A stretch of DNA of 64,000 nucleotides, taken from Chlorokybus atmophyticus (Eukaryota; Plantae; Mesostigma and Chlorokybus algae). The notes under the pieces were generated by a model. That model was not told the DNA's origin and made no database searches. It saw only the letters and a program-made list of their open reading frames with translations. The stretch covers positions 1 through 64,000 of the forward strand of contig RHPI01001327.1 of the NCBI GenBank assembly GCA_009103225.1, in the 5' to 3' direction. Below, one piece after another: positions 34,993 through 46,236 of this stretch. A program made the position numbers and the translations under genes. Position 1 is the stretch's first letter. Every line of letters starts with the position of its first letter.

Positions 34993-37900
34993 ATGAGCGG
35001 GGCAGGCGGCGGCGGAGAAGGAGCAGGAGCAGGAGCAGGAGGAGCGACTGTCGCTGGTGAGTCAAGTCTCAAAACGCCGTTCCAGACGCGGCTGCCGGCC
35101 CCACCAGGGTCCGCCAGGAGAGCCACAGCGGTGGGTGAGGGGAGAAGGGAGAAGGGGGTGTACAACCCTACTCTTCTGCATGCTCTGACTTTTCTTTCTT
35201 ATTTCCTTCCTTGCCTTTTTTCTTTCTCTTGTGCAAGCGTCGATGTGTTTGTCGCAAGCTCCCATGCACTGTTAACTTAACTTGAGACCGTCTGTTTGGC
35301 CAACGCACCTTGCTTCAGGGCACACTTGTTGATACTTTGTGGGCTGTTGTGTCAACTTCAGCGTAAGGAGAACATTGCGCCAGCAGCAGCAGCTGCGACG
35401 GCTGCAGGCACCGTTGGGCGAAAGAGGAAGCTTTCTCCCACAGACGCCCCCACGCAGATGTTTCACGCCGGAGGGGCCCGCAGCGAGCAGAAGCCTCTGG
35501 CAAAGAGGCCGGCGCTGGCCAGCTCATGCACAAGCCTGAGGGAGCTGAAGGAACGGGACGTCAACGTGCCCAAGCCACTGACCGACTCGTGGGAGTCTCT
35601 CAACGATGACGAGGTCGCCGCCGACGTGGAGGCGCTGCTGGCCAAACGCATTGTCGCCAAGAGCAAGTTCGACTACAAGGCAACGCCAGTCCCCCCGCGC
35701 AGTGTTGTGCATGCTTTGTGTGAAGTGCATGCGTGCGCAGTGCGTGAAGTGCGATGCACTGCCTTGAAAGCTCGACAGAGCCTTGTCTTGCAAGTACTGA
35801 GGCTGATATAATTCTGCAGGGTAAGTGTGAGCTGCAGACCGAATACATCCGCGAGTTGCGAGCATGTGTCAAGTATTTGCAGGTGGGTAGTGGTCAATGC
35901 GTGTGCCAGCGACTATTGCAGTTTGTTGTCGATATCAACGTTCTTGACTTTTGTCCCACAGGAAACAAATAACGCCAATGTCGCGTGCAAGGCCAACTTG
36001 CAGAAGAAACTCGCAATCGAGATGCAGCTGAGCGTGGACAAGGGTAGATGTTTTCTCTTCTGAGTGCTTGCTATGGAAGCGATTGTGGCCGCTAACATAT
36101 GGTGGCATGTTGCAGTTCAGCAGATGAAGATAGCTCAGGACGGTCTGGAGAGGGACATGGAGGCACTGCGAGGTTTGTGCACCGATTTTGAACACAGGCT
36201 GATGGACAGCGATAGAGAGAAGGCCGATCTGCAAAGCGAGAATGATGATGCTCATGCAGCATTGAAGGTGGAGTCAGTGCGCATGGCTTGCTCTTACTGC
36301 TGATATGCTTGACCGAAGCAATCGCACGATTGTTGCTTAGCGAACTCAACACTGCGCACTGACGAAGTGTGCTTCCCTCAGACTGCACAGGATGAGATTG
36401 CTCGTTCTGAAGTTGATCTCCTGCGAGTGCGAGCTGACTTGTCCAAAGCGCAGGTCAGCACCTTTAATGTGCTGACTTTTCTTGTATGTTTGGATACAAA
36501 ACTCTCATGACGTCAACTTTGAGGTTGTGTTTCGGCCATGCAGATCGACAATGGCAACTTGCAAGAGTGCATCCAGAAGCTGCAAGACTACAACGGGAGC
36601 CTGCAAGAGTACAACAGCTCTTTGCAGAAAGACGTCAGCGCCTTCCATGAAGAAAAAGCTGCTTTGCAACAAGACAAGGCAACCCTGCAGGTGCGAGCAC
36701 ATGCCATCCATCAACTTGCCATGCTGCAGACATGCAATGCGTAGCTGAAGGTGGTAATCACAGGAAGAGTTGGGGGCGTTCCGTGGGCAATCAACTGCGC
36801 TGCAAGGCCAGCTGGAACTTATCAAATCTGCCGGTGTTGAAGCAGAACGGGCGCGAGAGGTACAAGCATCATACAGGCGTTATGCCAGTATGTTTGCCAC
36901 TGCCATGCTGGGTGTTTTGTTGTTAGCATCAGCTGTTGCACATGGCAAGAGCTGCATATAATGAAGCCACAATCACTGTAACAGGCACTGGTCGAAGAGA
37001 GGGCGAGGCTCACTGCCGAGTTACGCCGGTGCATCGAAGAGCGAGACAACATGTCGTCCCAACTGCAAACACTCAGCGCGGATAACGCTCGGTACCGTGA
37101 ATGCACGGGCAAATCTGCTGCAGAGATGCAGAGCCTTGAGACCAAAGCAATGGCACTTGAGGTGTGCAATGCAATTCCTGTATGTCAGTCTCTGTGCTTG
37201 CTAAACAGCACGTTGCTACAAGCACAGCTCCTGACATGGTTTCCAACTGCAGGAAAGCTACACCACACAGGCGGACCTTGTCAGCAGTTTGCGGCACCGT
37301 ATTCATGTTGCCAACGCAAAAGTTGAGGTATGTCCTCATGATGTGATGTCGCAGCACAGCATATTTGGCTGCGACATCATGTATCAAGGAGGTGATGCAC
37401 GTGCGCTGCAGCTCGCAGAGGAGAGACTCGCAGACAAGGAGAAGGAGTGCGACCGCCTCAACACCCGCTGCACGGAGCTGGAGGCGGACTTGGTTGAAGC
37501 TGAACGCGTCCGATTGGAGGGTGAAACTCTGCGTCGCAAGCTGCACAACCAGATTCAGGTTTGTTGAGCTGCTCAAGCATTGGCAAGAGGTCTGCACCTT
37601 TGCTGACTCGTTATGCAGTTTGTGCGTTGGAGCAGCATACATTGGGTTGGCCAAAAGACTCCATAGTAACTGAATGTGTCATCTTGTGCTTGTCTTTCTG
37701 GCTACAGGAGTTGAAAGGGAACATTAGAGTGTTCTGCAGAGTGCGGCCAGCTGGTGTTGAGGAGAATGCGAGCTCCAGCATGCAACCGGCCCCCATCCTG
37801 TTTCCTCAAGCAGCAGAGCTGCAAGGACGAGGGATAGAGCTGGTGCCCACTCCAGGTGACCATCAGACAGCGTGAGTGCATCCAGGTGAACTGTTGCTGA

Positions 37901-39400
37901 CCAAAAGTGATCTCATCCACCTCGCAGGTGCTGCCACATATCCGTTCACCTTCGACCGGGTCTTTGACGGCAATGCCAGTCAGGGTGAAGTATTTGTGGA
38001 GATCTCTGAGCTTGTGCAAAGTGCACTTGATGGTTACAAGGTAAGTGCAACAACGGCTGTATCTGCATGGGCATCCTATGAATGGGTAAAGTTCGTCATC
38101 AGCAGCAAGTTGATACATGGAGCACACTCATTTGCATGCTTTGGCAGGTCTGCATCTTTGCATACGGCCAGACTGGCTCCGGCAAGACATTCACCATGCT
38201 CGGCAGCAGCGATGCCCAAGGGCAGGGCATTGTGCCAAGGTCCTTGCAGCAAATCTTTGAGATCAGTCAGGTAACCGTGTCACCAACATTGGGAGCATGC
38301 CATGCGCAGGAACTCGAGCAGAGGCGTACTAACATGACGTGTGTCTACGCAGGCTCTTGCACAGCAGGGATGGAAGTTCTCAATGCAAGCATCGATGCTC
38401 GAGATATACAACGAGAGTCTGCAGGATCTGCTCGGCAACAGTCTGCCGCAAGGGAAGCAGCACATCATCAAGCACGACCCGCTGGGCAACACGGCCGTCA
38501 CGGACCTCACATGCGTGCAAGTGACGAGCGCGGCAGAGGTGTCGTCGCTGCTGCAGCATGCAACAGCACAAAGGTGACATCTGATTATCGCTAGCGTGCT
38601 GTGCGTGAACTTTGTGTTGAGTTCAACCTAATCAGGTCTGTTGGGAAGACGGCCATGAATGAGCGGTCGTCCAGAAGCCACTGTGTTTTCACGCTGCGCA
38701 TCGATGGAGAGAACACGGTATGTGACGGGGTGCCAGGCATCAGTGTGTCATGATGTCATTGAGATGCGGATTCAACAGTGGCGTTATCTAAGTTGTAATT
38801 TCCTTGGCCCTGAGAGACCGTGCTGTTTGCAACAGGTGACGTCCAAGCAAGTGAGGGGCGTATTGAACTTGATCGACTTAGCAGGCAGTGAACGCCTGTC
38901 CAGAAGCCAAGCCACTGGTGACCGGTTGAAGGAAACGCAGGTGCTTCACCAAACCTTGATGCTCTGCATGGAGCAAGACCTATTAACTGACACATTGCAT
39001 CAAAACTGTCTGTTGCAGGCCATCAACAAAAGTCTGAGCAGCCTTGGGGATGTCATATCAGCCATTGCCAATAAGGAACAGCACATCCCTTACAGGAATT
39101 CAAAACTGACATATCTCCTCCAGGTATTTGTGTGTGTTGCTAAATGTTGCGAGATGTCGCAACGAGCTGGTTGTAAGGCACACTAGGTGTTGTCCTTGTT
39201 TGTGTTTTGCCTTTGACATACCGTGTGTGTGGCAGCCATGCCTTGGTGGTGACTCTAAGACCCTGATGTTTGTCAACGTTGCCCCGACACGCGAGTCCAT
39301 GCCGGAAACGCTGTGCTCGTTGCGCTTTGCAAGCAAAGTCAACTCTTGCGAGATTGGTGTGCCGAGGCGCCAGGTGAAAGTAGACAGCAAGTTGGGATGA
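34993..39400 (+). CDS. KIN14A: Kinesin-14A, C-terminal motor (ATK1/ATK5/KIFC1-like)
   Basis: [26 protein letters not shown] and [18 protein letters not shown] match the plant ATK1 stalk; neck [23 protein letters not shown]; P-loop [15 protein letters not shown]; switch I NERSSRSH; switch [11 protein letters not shown]; [14 protein letters not shown]; ends KVDSKLG*. Confidence 0.96.
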
Positions 39401-40647
39401 ACCTGTTGTTGCAGTGCGTGCTCGCTTGCAAATGTAGACCAACACCGGCGCGAATGCTAGCATCCAGTTCATGCTATTGTGTTTGTGTTGAGTCGCTGTG
39501 CAAATTGCATAATGCTGTTGCCATGCCAATTGGCTGCAAACAACTGCAGCCTTACCTTAGACATGGCATGCACATGTGTGTTGAGTTGCAATGCTTGACA
39601 CCAGCACATTGCATGTGCTGTACAAGCTGTAGGCAGATGCCGCATCTGCCTGCAGCTTGTACAGTCGTGCGCTAAGTCACCAGCGCAAGACACTGGCGCT
39701 GTTGACAGCATGGTGCAGGCAGGATGTACTGGTTTGCTGTACTAGTGTTGCACGTGAGTAGTTGTGCATCCCGTCTGGCATCACCCGCCATAGTCGAGCT
39801 TTAGTTTACTGTGCTCACTCCTATCTATGCTATAATTCTCCTCGTATCAGCTGCCAAGTGTGTATGCGCTGGTTGCAGCTTGCATAGTGGTTATGGAGGC
39901 AAAGTGGTGTGTCTACCGTTACTCACGCAGCTTGCCAGCGACCCAAGCATTGTTGACATCAAGTTGATTATCCAGGTTACTATCTAGGCTATAAATTATC
40001 CAGGCAGGTATTATCCAGAACTGCAGCGAGAGCCATAATAACTGTGGCCTGCGCTGCGATGTGACAAATATGCGCTGGCGGAAGGCAGTCACAAAGCGTG
40101 ATAGTTATCATGTCTCCAACTCGCGAGCATCCAACGCTCAGCGCGTAGAAGTGGCCAACAAATGCATCAACGGGCGACCCATTCAACCGTGGGGCGAAAT
40201 TGCCAACGGGATCAGCGTGTCTGTCGGGAAACTTTTGGAGCAAGCTTTCGCCCCGGAATGGACTTGGGCAAGCTTGGCTCTTCGGCAACGGAGTACATGC
40301 TTCCCTTGCTACGCAATTTAGTTTGAGTTGTGCAGCACAACTTGTGCATTGGCTTAGTCGCGGAGAATATTCACCTGGTCAGTTCATGATACATGCAAAA
40401 GCAAGATATGGAGGACGCTCACTTTGACATCATGATCACCGTCGCTCGTTGGAGTTGTCTCACCTGTTGTATATCAGATGTCAGCGGTGCTGCACTAGGC
40501 CAAGCTGGTTTCTTTGATTGCAACAGATGTCATGCATTATACTACTCATTGCCACGACCGGTGCAGCTTCAAGCACCAAGTTTGATTGATAGAATGTATC
40601 CTGCGCACGTGCACATTGGGCCTGTGTGCTTTGCTGATTGAAACCTT

Positions 40648-40746
40648 GCTAGCTTGGCAAGCTCAAGCTACGTCTTGGGCAGCCAAGCAGCAAGCTAGCG
40701 TATGCGGCAGCTAGCTAACAGCTGCTGATGTGAAAGCCAACTCCCC
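40648..40746. repeat. Small palindromic repeat, copy 1 (inverted relative to 42329-42435)
   Basis: GCTGATGTGAAAGCCAACTCCCC (40724-40746) is the exact reverse complement of 42329-42351; shared AGCTTG(G/C)CAAG and GCCGCATRCGCYAGCTTGC blocks. Confidence 0.7.
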
Positions 40747-40859
40747 CTATCGGCTATGCTACAATGGCGCAGTCGCATCACAATCTGCACCTTGTCATTG
40801 TTACCGGTAGAGTGTCAGCCCGACAAACATACGATCCGCACAGCAAGTAGGTACAAGGC

Positions 40860-41600
40860 AATGTCAGCTTGGTCAGCCACCGGGCGGTGTTGCAAATCAA
40901 GCCTGCCACGTGGGTACACCGCGGCTCGAGCCCCTACAATGGGCTGACTAAGTCAAGTGCGGTCCCGCGGCTGGCCAACAGCACGCATTGCTCTATGTGC
41001 ATGTGGGATGAACACCGCATTGCCACTCACGATGCTGTGCGTGATGGATTCGCCACCATTATGAGCGAGGCAGGGTTCGTGGTGCGTTGCGAGGTTGTTG
41101 GTGTGCTGCCTATGCGTGCGCATGAGCAGCAGGGGCGACGTATGGACATTGTCACGTGTGAGCCGTGAAGCGATCAGCGTCTGCTACTGGATGTCACCAT
41201 CACGGAGCCTCACGCCAGGCCAAGAGCAGGCGTGCTGGCAGCAGAGAGAGTGAAGAGGGCGAAGTATGGCGACCATGCAGCAGCTGACACTTTGATACCG
41301 CTGGCAATTGAGACATACGGCTAGATGGGGACCCCAGCTGTTGATCCGTTGGCCATGTGTGCGCGCCGTGTGATTGATATGAGAGAGCTGGAGTTGCGGT
41401 TCATTTCCCGCCTAGTGACACAGTTGCGGCAGCGCATCTCGTTAGTGTTTCAGCGCTCTCAGGCTGCAGCGATCATTGCATTAGTGGCAGCAGCAGTGAG
41501 ATCAGCGCCATCACATGACGCACGGCCGGCACGAGACACTTCATTGACGGACATTGCGGGCCTGACAGTGGCGGACTTGGTGTAGTTGGCTTGATTGTAG
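40860..41600 (+). mobile_element. 3' fragment of a non-LTR retrotransposon with a restriction-like endonuclease (CRE/R2 superclade), degenerate
   Basis: HCSMC..RIATHDAVRD (Zn-knuckle-like), RRMDIV, LLLDVTITEPH, AAERVKRAKY, LIPLAIETYG*MG, LRQRISLVFQRSQA in REL-domain order; two in-frame stops; no RT seen upstream. Confidence 0.8.
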
Positions 41601-42328
41601 CGATTACAATAGTGCAGTATTGTATGGACCCGTGTATTCCCATGTAATACAGTCAACGTTAGCACAACCCACTCCTCGGTTGTGACCAGAGGGAGAGGAC
41701 AAGCATGCACCCTCTGCTGTAGAGGCCTAGCGTAAGAGTTGCGCTGAAGCTGGTAGAACCTCTAACTTACCTAGGCATAGCGCATGCATTGCTTGCTCTC
41801 TCGCTGTACAGAGCATGGGGCGACGCGCTTGCGCCAAGCATAACGCATTGTCATCCCATGATCCGAATTCCTGCAAGCCGCGTGGCTTGCACGGAACGTG
41901 CAAGACTGCACTCCAACGCAGTAGTCACTTCACTTGCCTGAATGGGAACACCCTAGCTGCGTGAGGTGTCTGCACTATTCGATAGAGATAAAGTGTTGAT
42001 ATATCGCAACGTGATGCAGTGCATCGTGGTAGTCTGGACTCAACAATGGACCAGGACCTACCTGTGTTAGGTCGGCTTTCGCACAATCCATCGCACACGA
42101 AGGTACCTCGCAAACAATGTTCGAAATAAGGCTCAGTTAATGTTCGGCCCGCTGTTTCGGCAGTTATGCACTACCCTGGCGCGCAGATGGCAGGTGCTCA
42201 CCTGGGATATGCCATTGGCGACGCTAGTGCAGGCCTACTGCATACCTGATTGGGGTGCTGACAAAGACGTTCACATTTTCATGCGTGCGACTTGGCCAAT
42301 GCAGCGCAGCCGAGCAGAGCCTCTGCTA

Positions 42329-42435
42329 GGGGAGTTGGCTTTCACATCAGCTGCGCAGCTGATGTAAAAGCACGCCGCATGCGCCAGCTTGCCAAGATAA
42401 GAGTAGTAGTATACTGATATCTTGGCAAGCTGCTT
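42329..42435. repeat. Small palindromic repeat, copy 2, with two hairpins
   Basis: GCTTTCACATCAGCTG-CG-CAGCTGATGTAAAAGC (15/16 stem) and CAGCTTGCCAAGATA...TATCTTGGCAAGCTG (15-bp perfect stem). Confidence 0.7.
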
Positions 42436-42760
42436 ATAGTGCGGGGCACATGCTTGCTCAGCCGTATGGGTATAAGAACTCCAGCAGGCACACCCTTACC
42501 GTCAGTCTCTCATCTTCTTTCTCGCCCCAGCTGAAGCTTGGCCGCCTGGCCAGCCTTGGCAAAGGTATGCTGCATCTCTGGCGCTTGTGCAATGCATGCG
42601 TGTGTCTATGTGCGTGTGCGTATGCATACTGGCATGCTGTGTATGAGTGTGAGGTTGCAACAGCTGTCATCCAGACATCTGCTCCTGAGGTGGTCGCTTG
42701 CGTGTGCTACTTCTCAAAACGGTCTACCGATGCTAACTCTCGCTGTGTGCCGTCAGGAGC

Positions 42761-45471
42761 ATGGTGAAGCCAGGCAGAGCGTCAGCAGCATCGACGCCCT
42801 GGTGGTTGCCTTGTTGTCCTTGTTGCGCTGGCCACGCATGCTGGCACAGCCCAAGCCACCCATTTCCGCTACAGCTTCACTTCCTGGCGCAAAGACACCA
42901 GCCCCAACGCTGGCCCCTGCGATGTTGTCATCACCAGCATCCAGGTATGCAGTGCAGTGCGAACCATGCATGCGAACGCTGCATTTATGCACACGACACC
43001 CTTACAATTACAGTTACATTGTGCTTCAACCCCTGAGCTGGAGATTGAGCTACTTCTTCAAGAACCCTGCCAACCCGCCCTCCGTCGGCGACACCTTTAA
43101 GATACAAACAGCCCTTCTCTCTCTTGGCGACCGATCCAAACCCCGTAGTCTCACACTCGTTGTCACAGATGGGACAAACGCTGAGCGAGACATAGTAGAA
43201 GGCCAGGCTCAGGTATGGCACACACACGCACGCGCACACATGTGCCCCCACCCACGCATGCATGCGCGCTCGGGCTGACTTGCACATTGCGTGGCAGATC
43301 TCCAGGAGTTATAGCGGGCTTGGCCCGTACACGTTGTCCATCAACGACTGCTGCAGGTTTGGCAAATTGAAGAACTCCCCGAACAGCACCTTCACGGTGC
43401 AGACCGTCATCGACATGCACAATGGCAACACCAGCGGCGTGGTCTCCACCTCGCCAGCCATCGTCCAGGTGGTCCGCCGGGGGCACGACAACACCATCCA
43501 GCTGCCTGTGCTTGACCCAGACGTGGACTCCTTCACTTGCCGGCGTGCCACATCACTCGAGTCCGGCATTCTCAGTGACCCGAGCGCGATAGACACCCTC
43601 ACAGCATCCCCCTCATGCGAGCTCAATTGGCGCACGGACGGGACCGTTGTTGGGAGTTGTACGCCGTGCAGGTAATCATCAAGGAGAACCACGACGGCAG
43701 CGCCCCCGCCAAGCACGCGCTGGACTTCATCGTGGAGATCGTGAGCCCGGTCCCGCAGCCACCCCTGTGCAGCATCCAGGACCCACTCCCGTCGCAGCGC
43801 ATGCTCGAAGCCACGGGAGTCCAGTGTAACGTCCCCGTGGCGGATACCCTCACCCTCGGCATCAATGCTACGGCTAACGCGGACATCACTCCTCTCTACT
43901 CCATCACGCCTACCCCGGACGGCACCTTCGACATCGCCCCTCCCGCGGGTGTTGCGGTGCCTTCACCCCGACCACCGATAAAGGGCGTGTACTCACCGTG
44001 CAGGAGACCTTCCAGATCAGCTCGGGGGCCGATCTGCTGGAGACCGTCTGCTCCTTCACTGTCATCATCCAAGGTGAGCGTGTGTATGAGTTTGCCTGCT
44101 GTTGCGTGCGTGCGTGCTCGTGTGTGGTTCTTGTGCCACAGTGTGTGGTGTCTCCTTGTGCTGTGGGTCTCACCCCCAAGTCCTTCGTGCAGGATTTTGT
44201 TTCAGCAAGCCGGATGAGACGCCCTGTCCGGACGGCGTGTGCCGGGCCGCTGTTTGTGAGGTGCGTTTGTAGTCGTGTCGGCTACTAGCAAATGCACTAG
44301 GCTTGTGCGGCTGCGGTTGATTCATGCTCCTTTGTGCTTCTTGCTCAGCCACTGCCGCCCCCGCCCCCATCACCCCCGCCCCCACCGCCATCACCCCCAN
44401 NNNNNNNNNNNNNNNNNNNNNNNNNNNNNNNNNNNNNNNNNNNNNNNNNNNNNNNNNNNNNNNNNNNNNNNNNNNNNNNNNNNNNNNNNNNNNNNNNNNN
44501 NNNNNNNNNNNNNNNNNNNNNNNNNNNNNNNNNNNNNNNNNNNNNNNNNNNNNNNNNNNNNNNNNNNNNNNNNNNNNNNNNNNNNNNNNNNNNNNNNNNN
44601 NNNNNNNNNNNNNNNNNNNNNNNNNNNNNNNNNNNNNNNNNNNNNNNNNNNNNNNNNNNNNNNNNNNNNNCCCCATCCCCACCGCCATCGCCTCCACCCC
44701 CGTCACCACCCCCACCACTGGTAAGTACACACGTGGAGGGGTGTGCAGCAAGTGTGCATGCATGCATGTGGGACTGCATGCCACTTCAAGGCTTACCAGC
44801 ATTAACTTACTCTTTGATTGCGCACACAGTCTGCAAGCCCAACCCTTGTGGACCCCTATGGTCGTTGCAAGCCTGTGACTGGCGGCGGATATCGCTGCAT
44901 CCACCAACATGGATTCTACGAACATGTGCGTGAACTTTGACGTTGCTGTCAGTGTGGCTGCCACGCGTGCATGTGTGCATGCGTGTGTGTGCATGTGCGG
45001 GCGTGAGTGCATGCATGCTTGAGTGCCTGCCTGCACCTTGCTTTCATTCACTGGGCCGCTGCTTGTGCAGAAGCGTCTTGACGGCACCAAGGTGTGCAAG
45101 TCCTTTTGCTCGAAGCCAGTGTCCACGGGGCTGTGGCAGACTCCCCCGCTGCATCGCATCAGATGGTTCAAGCACAGCGTCCCCGACGCCGACACCTGCT
45201 GCCACAAGTGCAAGTCCAACCTCGCCTGCCAGTATTGGTCATACTACACCGGCGACGGTCATTACAGCAATGTGCGGATGCATACATGCAACAGCACACA
45301 CGCACGCACGCATGCACGCACGCATACAAGCATGTATGCGTGTCTCACATCTGCTGCTGGCTGCAGGACTGCAAGCTCTTTGGTCGCGGCAACAATGCCA
45401 ACATATTTTATGGCAACGCTGAGCTTAACACCAGCGACGACGCATGGGTTGCTGGCAAGATGTGCGGCTGA
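42761..45471 (+). pseudogene. Secreted modular protein gene (Sib-like N-terminal domain, Ig-like block, SP3-4 extensin linker, EGF-like, PAN/apple) with 3 apparent frameshifts; pseudogene or assembly errors
   Basis: Repairing single-base slips near 42810, 43655 and 43960 gives signal peptide MVKPGRASAASTPWWLLVVLVALATHAGTAQA, then THFRYSFTSW..INDCCRFGKLKN..STSPAIVQV..LYAVQVIIKE..FTPTTADKG; (SPPPP)n across the gap; CKPNPCGPYGRC; CCHKCKSNLACQYWSY..DCKLF..GKMCG*. Confidence 0.7.
44400..44670. other. Assembly gap inside a Pro/Ser-rich coding repeat
   Basis: N run flanked by CCGCCCCCGCCCCCATCA-type codon repeats. Confidence 0.97.
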
Positions 45472-46236
45472 CCCAACTCTATCCGCACCAACCTCTACAG
45501 CTGCAACCAGCGAATACACGCTTGGCAGCTGGTTTAAGAGTGTATATAGCAGTAGGAATAAGCGCAATCAGCTTGAGCGTATAGTTCAGCTATGATGGGT
45601 GATGAGACACCGCATGCGCCCATGGTTTGTAAGTAGGGTATACAAGGGTGTGTGATGAAAATGCAAAGCGTCTTTGGGTTACTTGCATGTGTTCATTGGT
45701 ACTGTGTTTACCGCAGTCCCAACACCAGTCTCTGGAACAGCTGCTGTCAACGCACTAGCCATGTACACAAGCATGCACTGACACATTTGGTCCAAGGTGT
45801 AGAATTGCCGGGCAATACTTCAACTAGTTATATCTCAGTCAGCAGCAACAATGCGTGTGCATGTACATGTACTGTCCACACCCACACTGTCACTTGTTAT
45901 ACGCACCCTGCAGGAACAGCACACCAATGTGGCCACCTTCATAGATATAGCAGCGTGGTTATGGTGGTGGTTGGTAGCGCTGCTTTCACTCTCCTGCATC
46001 AACTGCTACCTGTGAACAGTACAACTGCGCATATTCACTCGTAGCAACATGGTTGAACAACCTGTTGACTCGCGAGCCAGTGTCCACATTGTCAGTGCTG
46101 TAGCTTTGAAATCCACAATTAGCAAGATGCAGCAGTGTGCTGCCAACTAATGTTGATGCTCCCTCCCTGCCCATCCAACGGCGCAATGTGCGCCATAACT
46201 AGCAATAACACAACAGACCACACTACCATGCAGCAA

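Noticed and set aside
39989-40427. RT remnant upstream of the REL fragment (RPIQPWGE...VGKLL)
   Set aside because: Only a faint resemblance to the RPIAVGE motif, with no other RT motifs.
41780-42130. Transposase or gene remnant on the minus strand
   Set aside because: Short Cys/His-containing frames with stops and no identifiable motif.
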